Virus record (IMG/VR): IMGVR_UViG_3300033073_000160
Location: 1 to 64,000 of that record
DNA from: a virus
Lineage: Duplodnaviria; Caudoviricetes
Direction: 5' to 3' (one strand)
DNA length: 64,000 nucleotides
Positions 39,944-49,095 of this stretch are shown here, one piece after another. Below the pieces are notes generated by a model that had not been told where the DNA came from, ran no database searches, and worked only from the letters and a program-made list of their open reading frames with translations. Within the stretch, counting starts at the first letter, position 1, and the number at the start of each line of letters is the position of its first letter. The position numbers were made by a program, and so were the translations under genes.

Positions 39944-41824
39944 ATGGACTTCAGAAATATACTATCAAAACTTTCTTTATTAGAAGCAATTACAATAGAT
40001 GACGTAAGAGCAGCTATTGGTCAAGAGCAAGACGAACAAAAACGTGCTGCCATCTTAAATGACTTAGCATGGAAAAATAACTTACCAGGTCTTTACGATC
40101 CGGTTAGCGGATATTTTGTGGCAAAACAAAGTCAGCCTACTCCCGGCGAAGGTCGTTATAGTATTGCTGCTACTGCTCGAGAAGCTGACACCCAAGCACT
40201 TGCTAAGATGGGCCTAGTTCCACAAACTGCTAAAACTAGTGCATTAGGCGGATTAGTAGGAACAGGTAGTTTATTTGGTAGCAGCGCAGATAATGCCAAA
40301 GCTGCTCAAGCTGTTAAAGATACAAGTAATAAATTTAATGCAGATGCTACTAGCTCAAAAGTTAACGGTGCAAATGTTAGAAAATTAAACGACTTAGTTG
40401 CTAAACTTACAGGAAAGCCAACCGCTGGGGATAAGATTGCTGCTGATGCCGCAGCATACGATGCTGCCAAAGCAGGAACAGTTCAGCAAGGCGCACAAAA
40501 AGTTCAGCAAGGCGCACAAGCTGCACCCGGTGCAAAATTACCTGCTGATGCAAGAGGTTGGGACTCACAAGTTAAAGAATCATTACACGCTCAGTTGTCT
40601 AATTTACTAAACGAAGAGTTTGGCATTGAGGAGAGAGTTGTCGGCGGGGAAGAAACTCCACCGGGGATTAATCGTTTAACAGGTAAACCTATTGAGCCGC
40701 AAGCTGCGCCATCTGCGCCTGCTGATACACCGGCAGTTGTTCCATTGAGCAAGCGCTTTGATCCTAGATTTAAAAATGGTCCAGAGCCATATACAATCGA
40801 CATCGACGGAACTGTATACAAGTTTGCAGGACGAGACAAGTCTGCACCAGGTGGCGGTGAAGTTATTAAAGTTCCAGCGGCAGTCATTGGAATTCGCGGT
40901 TTAGGTGCAGTTAGCGTAGAGTTAGGCAAAGATGGTTTATACTATGCAGCACCGCAACAAGAATCATTAGCTGAAACAATGGGGTCATTACGTGACTTGT
41001 TAGCAGAGTTAAATGAAGGTCCTGTTGCTAGAGCAACCGGTCGCGAAGTTGCTAAGAAAGGCGCCGAAGTAGCTGCTAAAAACATTGATGACGTAATTGA
41101 CGTTGAAGCAAAATGGATTACAGATCCATCAATGAAAGAAAAACTAAAACAATGGATGGCTGCTAATCCAGGCAAGACTGTTGCTGCTGGTGTAAGCGCA
41201 TTAGGTTTAGCAACTGCGGCCGGTTTAGATGCAAGCGGACGTAAAACTGGAGCCACAGATCCGCGTGTTGCAGGTAATACTCCAGCCGGTGCAACACCTC
41301 CGGCAGCTGGTGCAACACCTCCAGCACAAGGGGCGCAAGCTGCTGATACAGGTGCTGCTACTTCAAGAGGTGCAGCAACAGGTTCGGCTCCGGCTGCAAC
41401 TGGTGGTGCCGATGGCCCAACTGGACAGGCATTAGCTAAGTTAGGCGTTACAAAACAAAATAGACTTGATCAGGCATTTGTTGATAAAGCACTTGGTGCA
41501 GGAAAATACAAAGCAGGAACTGCTCAATCAAACTTAGCACTTCTAGCCCATTTTAAAGCAACCGGTGGTAATAAGCCAGATGCAGCTAAACCAGATGCTG
41601 CGCCAGCTCAAGCCGCTCAGGCAGCACCAACGGGCCCAACACCAGAACAGGCTGAACTAATTAAACAGATTCAAGCTGTAATGATGGACTTGCAAGGTAA
41701 TGACGATGATCCAGTTATTGCCAAAGCATTAAGCGATGCTCAGGCAGCTATTGATAGCGTAGGAAAAGCTCCAGCGGCAGCGGCAGCGCCTGCGGCAGCG
41801 CCTGCGGCAGCACCAGCGCCATAA
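39944..41824 (+). CDS. Ala/Gly/Pro-rich putative virion-internal protein
   Basis: MDFRNILSKLSLLE leader, several xxE sites, AAP-repeat tail. Confidence 0.6.
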   Translation: MDFRNILSKLSLLEAITIDDVRAAIGQEQDEQKRAAILNDLAWKNNLPGLYDPVSGYFVAKQSQPTPGEGRYSIAATAREADTQALAKMGLVPQTAKTSALGGLVGTGSLFGSSADNAKAAQAVKDTSNKFNADATSSKVNGANVRKLNDLVAKLTGKPTAGDKIAADAAAYDAAKAGTVQQGAQKVQQGAQAAPGAKLPADARGWDSQVKESLHAQLSNLLNEEFGIEERVVGGEETPPGINRLTGKPIEPQAAPSAPADTPAVVPLSKRFDPRFKNGPEPYTIDIDGTVYKFAGRDKSAPGGGEVIKVPAAVIGIRGLGAVSVELGKDGLYYAAPQQESLAETMGSLRDLLAELNEGPVARATGREVAKKGAEVAAKNIDDVIDVEAKWITDPSMKEKLKQWMAANPGKTVAAGVSALGLATAAGLDASGRKTGATDPRVAGNTPAGATPPAAGATPPAQGAQAADTGAATSRGAATGSAPAATGGADGPTGQALAKLGVTKQNRLDQAFVDKALGAGKYKAGTAQSNLALLAHFKATGGNKPDAAKPDAAPAQAAQAAPTGPTPEQAELIKQIQAVMMDLQGNDDDPVIAKALSDAQAAIDSVGKAPAAAAAPAAAPAAAPAP

Positions 41825-41840
41825 TTAGTTACACTCTAAG

Positions 41841-41867
41841 AATGGCAGATTTATTCTGCCATTTTTT
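41841..41867 (+). terminator. Intrinsic terminator ending the late block
   Basis: AATGGCAGA-TTTAT-TCTGCCATT-TTTT. Confidence 0.88.
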
Positions 41868-41886
41868 ACGACTTTTTATTCTTGGG

Positions 41887-41916
41887 CTTGCTTTTGCAAG
41901 ATAATTAGTATATAAT
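41887..41916 (+). promoter_or_regulatory. sigma70-type promoter for the replication operon
   Basis: TTGCTT(41888)-17nt-TATAAT(41911); CTTGC-TTTT-GCAAG inverted repeat over the -35 box. Confidence 0.7.
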
Positions 41917-41937
41917 GTTACATCAAAGGAGATACTA

Positions 41938-42195
41938 ATGTCTGGACGTAGTTACGGAGCCGAAGAAAAGGCAAAATTAGAAAGATTAATTAGCGAAGGT
42001 TCTACTGTATTGAGAGAAGTAGAAGACTTGCAAGAAGGGTTAAAAGAAACTGTTAAGGCAGTTGCAGAAGAGCTTCAAATTAAACCAAGCGTTATTAACA
42101 AAGCAATTAAGATTGCCCACAAAGGCGATTGGGCTGCTTACAACGAAGATTGGGAAGAGATTGAAGCTATCTTAGATATTACTAAACGCATATAA
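41938..42195 (+). CDS. Small dsDNA-binding protein (T4 DsbA/GapR-like)
   Basis: Helical LREVEDLQEGLKETVKAVAEELQIKPSVINKAIKIAHK pattern. Confidence 0.6.
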   Translation: MSGRSYGAEEKAKLERLISEGSTVLREVEDLQEGLKETVKAVAEELQIKPSVINKAIKIAHKGDWAAYNEDWEEIEAILDITKRI

Positions 42196-42491
42196 TGATT
42201 GACACTATCTTTGGGCCAACTATACAATGGATAAAAGATGATTGGGCATCTAACCGTTTACGTTTTATTATTGAGCTCCTTGCTTGGGCTATCTCAATTG
42301 GATGTAGCATCACAATGGCGGTCACGGTTCCCAATCCTCCACTCCTTGCTCTATATCCTATTTGGATCACTGGTTGTGCTATGTATGCTTGGGCTGCTTG
42401 GACTCGTAAATCTTTTGGCATGCTCGCTAATTACATTCTGCTCACCACAATTGATAGTGTTGGGCTGGTAAGGATGCTAAATAATTTATAA
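42195..42491 (+). CDS. Small membrane protein
   Basis: Three hydrophobic segments. Confidence 0.7.
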   Translation: MIDTIFGPTIQWIKDDWASNRLRFIIELLAWAISIGCSITMAVTVPNPPLLALYPIWITGCAMYAWAAWTRKSFGMLANYILLTTIDSVGLVRMLNNL

Positions 42492-42494
42492 GAA

Positions 42495-42551
42495 AGGTAA
42501 GCGGGCCATAAACCGCAATGTGGTATTTGCAAGCCATAAATTGCATAGGAG
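42495..42551 (+). promoter_or_regulatory. Tandem hairpins with identical GCCATAAA loops abutting the polB SD (candidate translational operator)
   Basis: GCGG-GCCATAAA-CCGC (42501-42516) and TGCAA-GCCATAAA-TTGCA (42528-42545), then AGGAG and a TTG start. Confidence 0.65.
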
Positions 42552-42557
42552 AAAAAT

Positions 42558-45224
42558 TTGAGTTACGTTGACGCATGGTTCAACCGCGATGACGATGTCA
42601 TCAAGATTGTTGAACGCAATAAAAAAGGTGAACGTGAATACAGGGACATCCCCGTAAAGCACACGTTTTACTACAAAGACCCAAAGGGCAAACACCAATC
42701 AATTTACGGAGATCCACTTAGCAGGATTGTCTGTAAAAACACAAAAGAACTACGCAAAGAACAAGCTATCAATTCAGGTAAGCAATTATTTGAAGCTGAT
42801 ATCAATCCGATCTTTGTTTGCTTGTCAGAAAACTATCTTAATCAAGATGCACCAAAACTCAATGTAGCGTTTTGGGATATTGAGGTGGACTTTGATCCAG
42901 AACGTGGCTACGCATCGCCGGATGATGCGTTCATGCCAATTACTGCGATTGCTGTTCACCTACAATGGTTAGACACCCTAGTTTGTTTGGCAGTTCCGCC
43001 AAAAACTATGACTATGGACCAAGCTAAAGAAGCTGTTGCAGAATTTCCTAATACATATTTGTTTGAAAAAGAATCGGACATGTTAGACATGTTCTTAGAT
43101 TTGATTCAAGATGCAGATATCTTAAGTGGTTGGAACAGCGAAGGCTTTGATATGCCGTATACTGTCAACCGCATTACAAAATCACTAAGCAAAGAAGATA
43201 CACGTAGACTATGCTTGTTTGACCAATTTCCTAAGAAACGTGAATACGAAAAGTTTGGTCGCGAGTCAGTTACATACGATCTAGTAGGTCGTGTCCATTT
43301 AGATAGTTTAGAGTTGTATCGCAAATACACATACGAAGAACGACATAGCTATCGACTAGACGCTATTGCAGAATACGAACTAAACGAACGTAAGACGCCA
43401 TACGAAGGATCGCTAGATCAACTATACAATCATGATTTTAAAAAGTTTATTGAATATAACAGACAAGATACTGCGCTGTTGGATAAACTAGATAAAAAGC
43501 TAAAGTTTATTGACCTTGCTAATACGCTGGCACACGAATGCACAGTATTGCTACAAACTACAATGGGCGCTGTTGCCGTTACTGAGCAAGCTATTATTAA
43601 CGAAGCGCATCGTAGAGGATTTCAAGTTCCCAACAGAACTAAAATGGACGATCGAGAAAGCAGCCAGGCGGCAGGTGCTTATGTTGCTTACCCTAAAGAA
43701 GGCATTCACGACTGGATTGGTTCGTTAGATATTAACAGTCTTTATCCGTCAGCTATTCGTGCCCTTAACATGGGGCCAGAAACTATTATTGGTCAGCTAC
43801 GGCCTTCAATGACTGAAGAATACATTCAAGGACAAATGGCTAAAGGCAAATCATTTGCGGCAGCATGGGAAGGTATATTTGGCTCATTAGAGTATACTGC
43901 TGTTATGAATCAAGAAATTGGAACAGAAATTACCATTGACTGGGAAGACGGTTCTAGTGATATGTTGAGTGCCGCAGAAGTATACAGGTTAATCTTTGAA
44001 AGTAATCAGCCGTGGGTAATCAGTGCTAATGGCACTATCTTTACATATGAAAAAGAAGGTATTATTCCCGGATTGCTAAAGCGTTGGTATGCAGAACGTA
44101 AAGAAATGCAGGCCAAACTCAAAGACGCTATTAAAGCAGGTAATAAGATTGAAGAAGAATACTGGGACAAGCGTCAATTGGTTAAGAAGATTAACCTAAA
44201 TAGTTTGTATGGTGCTATTCTTAACCCTGGATGCAGATTCTTTGATAATAGGATCGGACAATCAACTACGCTAACCGGTCGTCAGATTGCAAAGCATATG
44301 GCTGGAAAGGTCAATGAGATCATCACCGGAGAGTTTAATCACGTAGGTAAAGCTATTATTTACGGTGATACTGACTCTTGTTATTTTAGTGCATACAAAA
44401 CATTGCAGAAAGAAATTGATAGCGGGCAATTACCCTGGACTAAAGAAAGTGTTGTTCAACTCTATGACCAGATTGGAGAAGAAGTAAATCAAACTTTCCC
44501 ACAGTTTATGTTAGATGCTTTCCACTGTCCAAAGAGTCGCGGCGAAGTTATCAAAGCAGGACGTGAAATCGTTGGCTCAAAAGCATTGTTCATTACTAAG
44601 AAGCGTTATGCTGTTCTTTACTATGATAAAGAAGGCAAGCGTAGTGACGTAGATGGCAAGCCAGGTAAGATCAAAGCCATGGGTCTTGACCTAAAGCGTA
44701 GTGATACGCCTGAGTTTATCCAAAACTTCTTAAGTGATGTTCTTGAAATGGTGTTAACTGGTAAGACTGAAGAAGAAGTCCTTGATCATATTAGCGAGTT
44801 TAGACTAAAGTTTAAGAGTAGACCGGGTTGGGAGAAAGGTTCCCCGAAACGTGCTAATAAGATTACTGAATACGAAGCTAAAGAAAAGAAAGCAGGTAAG
44901 GCAAATATGCCCGGACATGTTCGTGCTAGCATTAATTGGAATACATTAAAGCGAATGATGAACGACAAATACTCAATGAGTGTTACTGATGGCGCTAAAG
45001 TTATTGTTTGCAAACTTAAACCTAATCCTATCGGGTTTACGTCAGTTGCATATCCGGTAGACGAATTGCGATTGCCGCAATGGTTTAAAGATCTTCCGTT
45101 TGACCATGCAGAAATGGAGCAAACTATTATCGACAACAAGTTAGATAACTTGATCGGTGTATTGAAGTGGGACGTTACTAGCACAGAGGAGAAGAACACT
45201 TTTAATAGCTTGTTCGAGTTCTAA
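42558..45224 (+). CDS. polB: Family B DNA polymerase (T4 gp43-like)
   Basis: ExoI WDIEVD, ExoII GWNSEGFD, ExoIII YNRQD, motif A DINSLYPS, motif B KINLNSLYG, motif C YGDTDS, KKRY. Confidence 0.97.
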   Translation: MSYVDAWFNRDDDVIKIVERNKKGEREYRDIPVKHTFYYKDPKGKHQSIYGDPLSRIVCKNTKELRKEQAINSGKQLFEADINPIFVCLSENYLNQDAPKLNVAFWDIEVDFDPERGYASPDDAFMPITAIAVHLQWLDTLVCLAVPPKTMTMDQAKEAVAEFPNTYLFEKESDMLDMFLDLIQDADILSGWNSEGFDMPYTVNRITKSLSKEDTRRLCLFDQFPKKREYEKFGRESVTYDLVGRVHLDSLELYRKYTYEERHSYRLDAIAEYELNERKTPYEGSLDQLYNHDFKKFIEYNRQDTALLDKLDKKLKFIDLANTLAHECTVLLQTTMGAVAVTEQAIINEAHRRGFQVPNRTKMDDRESSQAAGAYVAYPKEGIHDWIGSLDINSLYPSAIRALNMGPETIIGQLRPSMTEEYIQGQMAKGKSFAAAWEGIFGSLEYTAVMNQEIGTEITIDWEDGSSDMLSAAEVYRLIFESNQPWVISANGTIFTYEKEGIIPGLLKRWYAERKEMQAKLKDAIKAGNKIEEEYWDKRQLVKKINLNSLYGAILNPGCRFFDNRIGQSTTLTGRQIAKHMAGKVNEIITGEFNHVGKAIIYGDTDSCYFSAYKTLQKEIDSGQLPWTKESVVQLYDQIGEEVNQTFPQFMLDAFHCPKSRGEVIKAGREIVGSKALFITKKRYAVLYYDKEGKRSDVDGKPGKIKAMGLDLKRSDTPEFIQNFLSDVLEMVLTGKTEEEVLDHISEFRLKFKSRPGWEKGSPKRANKITEYEAKEKKAGKANMPGHVRASINWNTLKRMMNDKYSMSVTDGAKVIVCKLKPNPIGFTSVAYPVDELRLPQWFKDLPFDHAEMEQTIIDNKLDNLIGVLKWDVTSTEEKNTFNSLFEF

Positions 45225-45225
45225 T

Positions 45226-45999
45226 ATGAAAATTATAATCGCAGGGTATGGATTTGTTGGCAAGGCAATTGCCAACGCCCTAAAACCAACACACGATGTA
45301 GTTATTGTAGATCCACAATATACTACAAACGAAATTAAGTATCATCACGATGCAGATGGGTTAATTATATGCGTTAACACTCCTACAGGTGAAAACGGTA
45401 TCATCGATGCTAATAATGTAGCCAATGTGTTAGATAATGTGCCGGTGTTCATGCCGGTGCTGATCAAAAGCACAGTAACTCCGGCAATCATAGATGCATT
45501 TGATGAAATATATCCCGACCTAGCTATTACGTATAGTCCAGAATTCTTACGTGCTAGAACAGCCAATGAAGATTTTTTAAACCAAAAATATGTTGTGCTA
45601 GGCGGAGAAGATCCGGAATGCTTCTGGCAAGAGCTATTCCAATCAACACTACCTAATTGTAAACTAGTTTTAAATTGCACAGCCAAAGAATCCGCTATGG
45701 TAAAGTATACTATAAACTCATTCCTTGCTCTTAAGACAAGTTTCTTTAATCAAATAGCAGACATTTGTGATAACAACGGTTTAGACTATGACATTGTTAG
45801 ACACATTGTTAGCAACGATACACGTATCGGTGCTAGCCACACTATGGTCCCAGGACCAGATGGTGAAAGAGGATGGGGAGGTGCTTGTTTCCCAAAAGAC
45901 ACAGAAGCATTTACACAATGGGCTAGAACTGTTGAACACCCTGTCACTATTTTAGAAGAAGCGATAAATTATAATCGCCGAATTAGAAAAAATGCTTGA
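45226..45999 (+). CDS. UDP-glucose/GDP-mannose dehydrogenase family (short form lacking C-terminal domain)
   Basis: GYGFVG, ICVNTP, IKSTV, SPEFL, GWGGACFPKD. Confidence 0.9.
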   Translation: MKIIIAGYGFVGKAIANALKPTHDVVIVDPQYTTNEIKYHHDADGLIICVNTPTGENGIIDANNVANVLDNVPVFMPVLIKSTVTPAIIDAFDEIYPDLAITYSPEFLRARTANEDFLNQKYVVLGGEDPECFWQELFQSTLPNCKLVLNCTAKESAMVKYTINSFLALKTSFFNQIADICDNNGLDYDIVRHIVSNDTRIGASHTMVPGPDGERGWGGACFPKDTEAFTQWARTVEHPVTILEEAINYNRRIRKNA

Positions 46000-46024
46000 C
46001 CTTTGTCAAAAACCTAAGTATAAT
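45996..46024 (+). promoter_or_regulatory. sigma70 promoter with an inverted repeat over -35 and an overlapping TAAGTA late-like motif
   Basis: TTGAC-CTTT-GTCAA; TTGACC-17nt-TATAAT. Confidence 0.75.
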
Positions 46025-46044
46025 CATAACACATGGAGAATCAT

Positions 46045-46776
46045 ATGAAAGATATTTTACAAGACCTAGTAGCACATACTCACAGCCTAGGTTTCTTACC
46101 ACTAGTTAAAATTACTGGTGCAGAAGATGCAACTCAAATTGAGTCGATGGCCGAAGACCGTTCAGTTGTTGTTACCGCTAAAACTCACACCCCTGTTGAA
46201 GAATTCGAAGGCACATTCGGTATGCCTAATTTAGAAAAACTCAACATTCATTTAAAGTGTCCAGAGTATAAAGAAGATGCTAAGATTAATGTTGTTCGCC
46301 AAACACGAAATAACGAAACTATTCCAACAGGTATTCACTTTGAAAATGCCGCAGGTGACTTTGTTAATGATTATCGTTTTATGAACGCAGAAATTATTAA
46401 CGAAAAACTTAAAACAGTTAAGTTTAAGGGCGCTAAGTGGGATATTGAATTCCAGCCAACAGTTGCTAATATTCAACGCTTAAAGTTTCAAGCAAACGCA
46501 CATAGCGAAGAAACAGTCTTCCAAGTTACAACTAAAGACGACAATTTAATTTTTAGTTTTGGTGACGCAAGCACACACGCAGGTTCATTTACATTCCAAA
46601 GCGGTGTAACTGGTAAACTAAAGCAAACATGGTCATGGCCTGTTGTGCAAATTATGAGTATCCTATCACTGGCAGGTGATGTTACTATGCGTATTTCAGA
46701 TATTGGCGCATTACAAATCACAGTTGACAGCGGTCTTGCTGAATACAACTACACACTACCAGCACAAGCCAAGTAA
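46045..46776 (+). CDS. Probable DNA sliding clamp (gp45/PCNA-like)
   Basis: About 243 aa with a two-domain beta-alpha-beta pattern, next to polB, with a clamp loader in the window; start MKDIL after GGAG. Confidence 0.55.
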   Translation: MKDILQDLVAHTHSLGFLPLVKITGAEDATQIESMAEDRSVVVTAKTHTPVEEFEGTFGMPNLEKLNIHLKCPEYKEDAKINVVRQTRNNETIPTGIHFENAAGDFVNDYRFMNAEIINEKLKTVKFKGAKWDIEFQPTVANIQRLKFQANAHSEETVFQVTTKDDNLIFSFGDASTHAGSFTFQSGVTGKLKQTWSWPVVQIMSILSLAGDVTMRISDIGALQITVDSGLAEYNYTLPAQAK

Positions 46777-48311
46777 TGAATAAGAACCTGACAGCAACAC
46801 AGAACGACTACGCATACTTCTTGCCGGCTACGTCAGGTTTCTACTCAACTTTCATAGGTAAACAACGCTATGGAAATTACGTAGATCCTGCTAGAATCCC
46901 GGCAAGTTTTGCTAATGGCGTCGAAAGTCTAAATTACTTAGATCCAGATAAGGGTGCGTTCTACTACGACCATTGTTTGTATTCAGCAGGTCACGCAAAT
47001 TTAGATCTCAACAAGCAAGACGACAGCGAAGATATGTTCCGTAACAGGAACAGAGGAAATAGTTGGGTGTTAGGCGACTCAGGTGGATTCCAGATTGGTA
47101 AAGGTGTTTGGCCTGCTGACTGGAAAGATCCTAATTGCCCTAACGCTATGAAAAAGCGTAGCCAAGTATTAACTTGGATGGACACGCTCATGGATTACGG
47201 TATGATTCTTGATATCCCTGCTTGGGTTGCTCGTAGTCCTGCAGGGTCTAAGGCCACGGGTATTACAACTTACGCAGAAGCTGTTCAAGGAACTTACATT
47301 AATAACGACTATTTTATTAAGAATCGTAATGGCAACTGTAAGTTTTTAAATGTATTACAAGGCGAAAATCATGCGGATGCCGAGGATTGGTATCAACGTA
47401 TGAAGCATTACTGCGATCCTAAAAAGTTTTCTAATCATTTTAATGGTTGGGCAATGGGCGGACAAAATATGTGTGATATACATCTTGTCCTAAAGCGTCT
47501 AGTAGCATTAAGATTCGACGGATTACTAGAGCAAGGTAAACAAGACTGGATGCACTTTTTAGGAACAAGTAAATTAGAATGGGCTGTATTACTAACAGAC
47601 ATTCAACGTGCTGTTCGTAAATATCATAATCCTAACTTTACAATTAGCTTTGACTGTGCCAGTCCATTCTTGGCCACAGCTAACGGACAAATTTATATTA
47701 ACACAGAAACAGACGATCGTGAAAAGTGGGTATATCGTATGCAGGCAAGTGCAGACGATAAAAAATATGCGTCCGATACGAGACTGTTTAAAGATGCCGT
47801 ATTACAAGATGGTATTTTTAATAAATTTGAATCTAGTCCAATTATTGATCAAGTAGCTATAAAAGACATTTGTATATATGGGCCAAATGATGTTAATAAA
47901 CTAGGTAAGGTTGGAAAAACCTCCTGGGATAGTTTTAGCTATGCTATCATGATGGGGCATAACGTATGGATGCACGTTAATGCAGTTCAAGAAGCCAACC
48001 GTCAATATGACGCAGGACGCATTCCAAACATGCTAGTTCAAGAGCAATTTGATCAATTGTTCTTTAAAGATATTGTCGACGCAATATTTGCAACTAGCAA
48101 TCGAAGTGAAGCGGATGCAGTAGTTGAAGAATACAACAAATTTTGGATGAGTATTATTGGAACTCGTGGAGCAACCGGCAAGAAAACGGTTAATGCTCAA
48201 ACATATTCTGGTATTCACTTTGATATCGAAGCAGATTTATCGGACATTAAAAAGCCAGCCAAAGTAGAAACACCAGTCGTTAATACTTTTGCCAATCTAT
48301 TTGACGAATAA
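46776..48311 (+). CDS. dpdA: tRNA-guanine-transglycosylase-fold protein, DpdA-like DNA base-exchange enzyme
   Basis: GDSGGFQ, MILDIP, NVLQG, GWAMGG, MHFLG and SFDCAS TGT motifs in order; no C-terminal Zn-binding CxCxxC; co-occurs with folE/queE. Confidence 0.82.
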   Translation: MNKNLTATQNDYAYFLPATSGFYSTFIGKQRYGNYVDPARIPASFANGVESLNYLDPDKGAFYYDHCLYSAGHANLDLNKQDDSEDMFRNRNRGNSWVLGDSGGFQIGKGVWPADWKDPNCPNAMKKRSQVLTWMDTLMDYGMILDIPAWVARSPAGSKATGITTYAEAVQGTYINNDYFIKNRNGNCKFLNVLQGENHADAEDWYQRMKHYCDPKKFSNHFNGWAMGGQNMCDIHLVLKRLVALRFDGLLEQGKQDWMHFLGTSKLEWAVLLTDIQRAVRKYHNPNFTISFDCASPFLATANGQIYINTETDDREKWVYRMQASADDKKYASDTRLFKDAVLQDGIFNKFESSPIIDQVAIKDICIYGPNDVNKLGKVGKTSWDSFSYAIMMGHNVWMHVNAVQEANRQYDAGRIPNMLVQEQFDQLFFKDIVDAIFATSNRSEADAVVEEYNKFWMSIIGTRGATGKKTVNAQTYSGIHFDIEADLSDIKKPAKVETPVVNTFANLFDE

Positions 48312-48329
48312 AACCTAGACTGTTATAAT
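48301..48329 (+). promoter_or_regulatory. sigma70 promoter, probably leaderless transcript
   Basis: TTGACG-17nt-TATAAT; ATG at 48336. Confidence 0.75.
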
Positions 48330-48335
48330 CAAAAC

Positions 48336-48581
48336 ATGACATTACCAGACGAAAGATATCGAGCAGTATTATATACTAAGCAGTTCTTACAAGATTTGCT
48401 AGTCATGCCTCGTGTTTCAAAAACAATCAAAGATCATGCTCGGTCTTGTCTTCGACATTACCCCGACACTTGGGATATGCAACAAGCCGCTGAGGCTTGC
48501 CCTCATGTATTTGCAGAACGTATGGAAGAGGTAACTAGACTCTTTAAAAAATACGAACAAGGTAAAATAAATGAAACGTGA
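48336..48581 (+). CDS. Hypothetical protein
   Basis: MTLPDERYRAV...LRHYP. Confidence 0.7.
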   Translation: MTLPDERYRAVLYTKQFLQDLLVMPRVSKTIKDHARSCLRHYPDTWDMQQAAEACPHVFAERMEEVTRLFKKYEQGKINET

Positions 48582-49095
48582 TTATGCCGACGGTGTAAAA
48601 GATGATATTATCTTCTTTATTGGCACAGAGATTGAACATACTCCTGCATACGGGTTAAAAACATTGTTTGTCACTGGCGTTCAAGAAGTTGATCAAATTG
48701 CATTCCATGCAATCGGTAATGAGTGTGAGCACATTTTCTTTGGTGCTAATCATAGTTTTAATCCTGCGTTCAACGATTATGCTGGTTGGAAAAAGTGGGA
48801 AGATATGATTGAGTATTTTCTAAGCGAAGGCTATCTGTGTAGTCTTGATATTCCACTAAGCGCAGTCGAAGAGTTTAATGACGGCGGCTTGAACGATTAT
48901 AATAATTTTATTCCACAGATAAGAGTTCCAATTCCGTATATTAAATTATGGAACTATAATACAATGCTTAAAATCGATGACAAAGATTTTAACGCTACTA
49001 ACCCCGGTGTATGGTCACATAGCCTACATACCCTTAAAGACCGTAGCAAGTTCACACCTTGGACAGCCTACAAAAACGATAAAGTATTAAAATGA
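48571..49095 (+). CDS. Hypothetical protein of the deazaguanine cluster
   Basis: Lies between dpdA and the T-fold gene and is coupled to the latter; FFIGTEIEHTP and HIFFGANHSF motifs. Confidence 0.7.
   Translation: MKRDYADGVKDDIIFFIGTEIEHTPAYGLKTLFVTGVQEVDQIAFHAIGNECEHIFFGANHSFNPAFNDYAGWKKWEDMIEYFLSEGYLCSLDIPLSAVEEFNDGGLNDYNNFIPQIRVPIPYIKLWNYNTMLKIDDKDFNATNPGVWSHSLHTLKDRSKFTPWTAYKNDKVLK

Noticed and set aside
42558-45224. Intein or intron in polB
   Set aside because: 888-aa continuous ORF; the segment between motifs A and B lacks intein splice-junction residues and homing-endonuclease motifs
46776-48311. Ordinary bacterial tRNA-guanine transglycosylase (tgt)
   Set aside because: Longer and divergent, lacks the Zn-binding CxCxxC, and sits in the DNA replication operon; a DpdA-like DNA role fits better, though unproven
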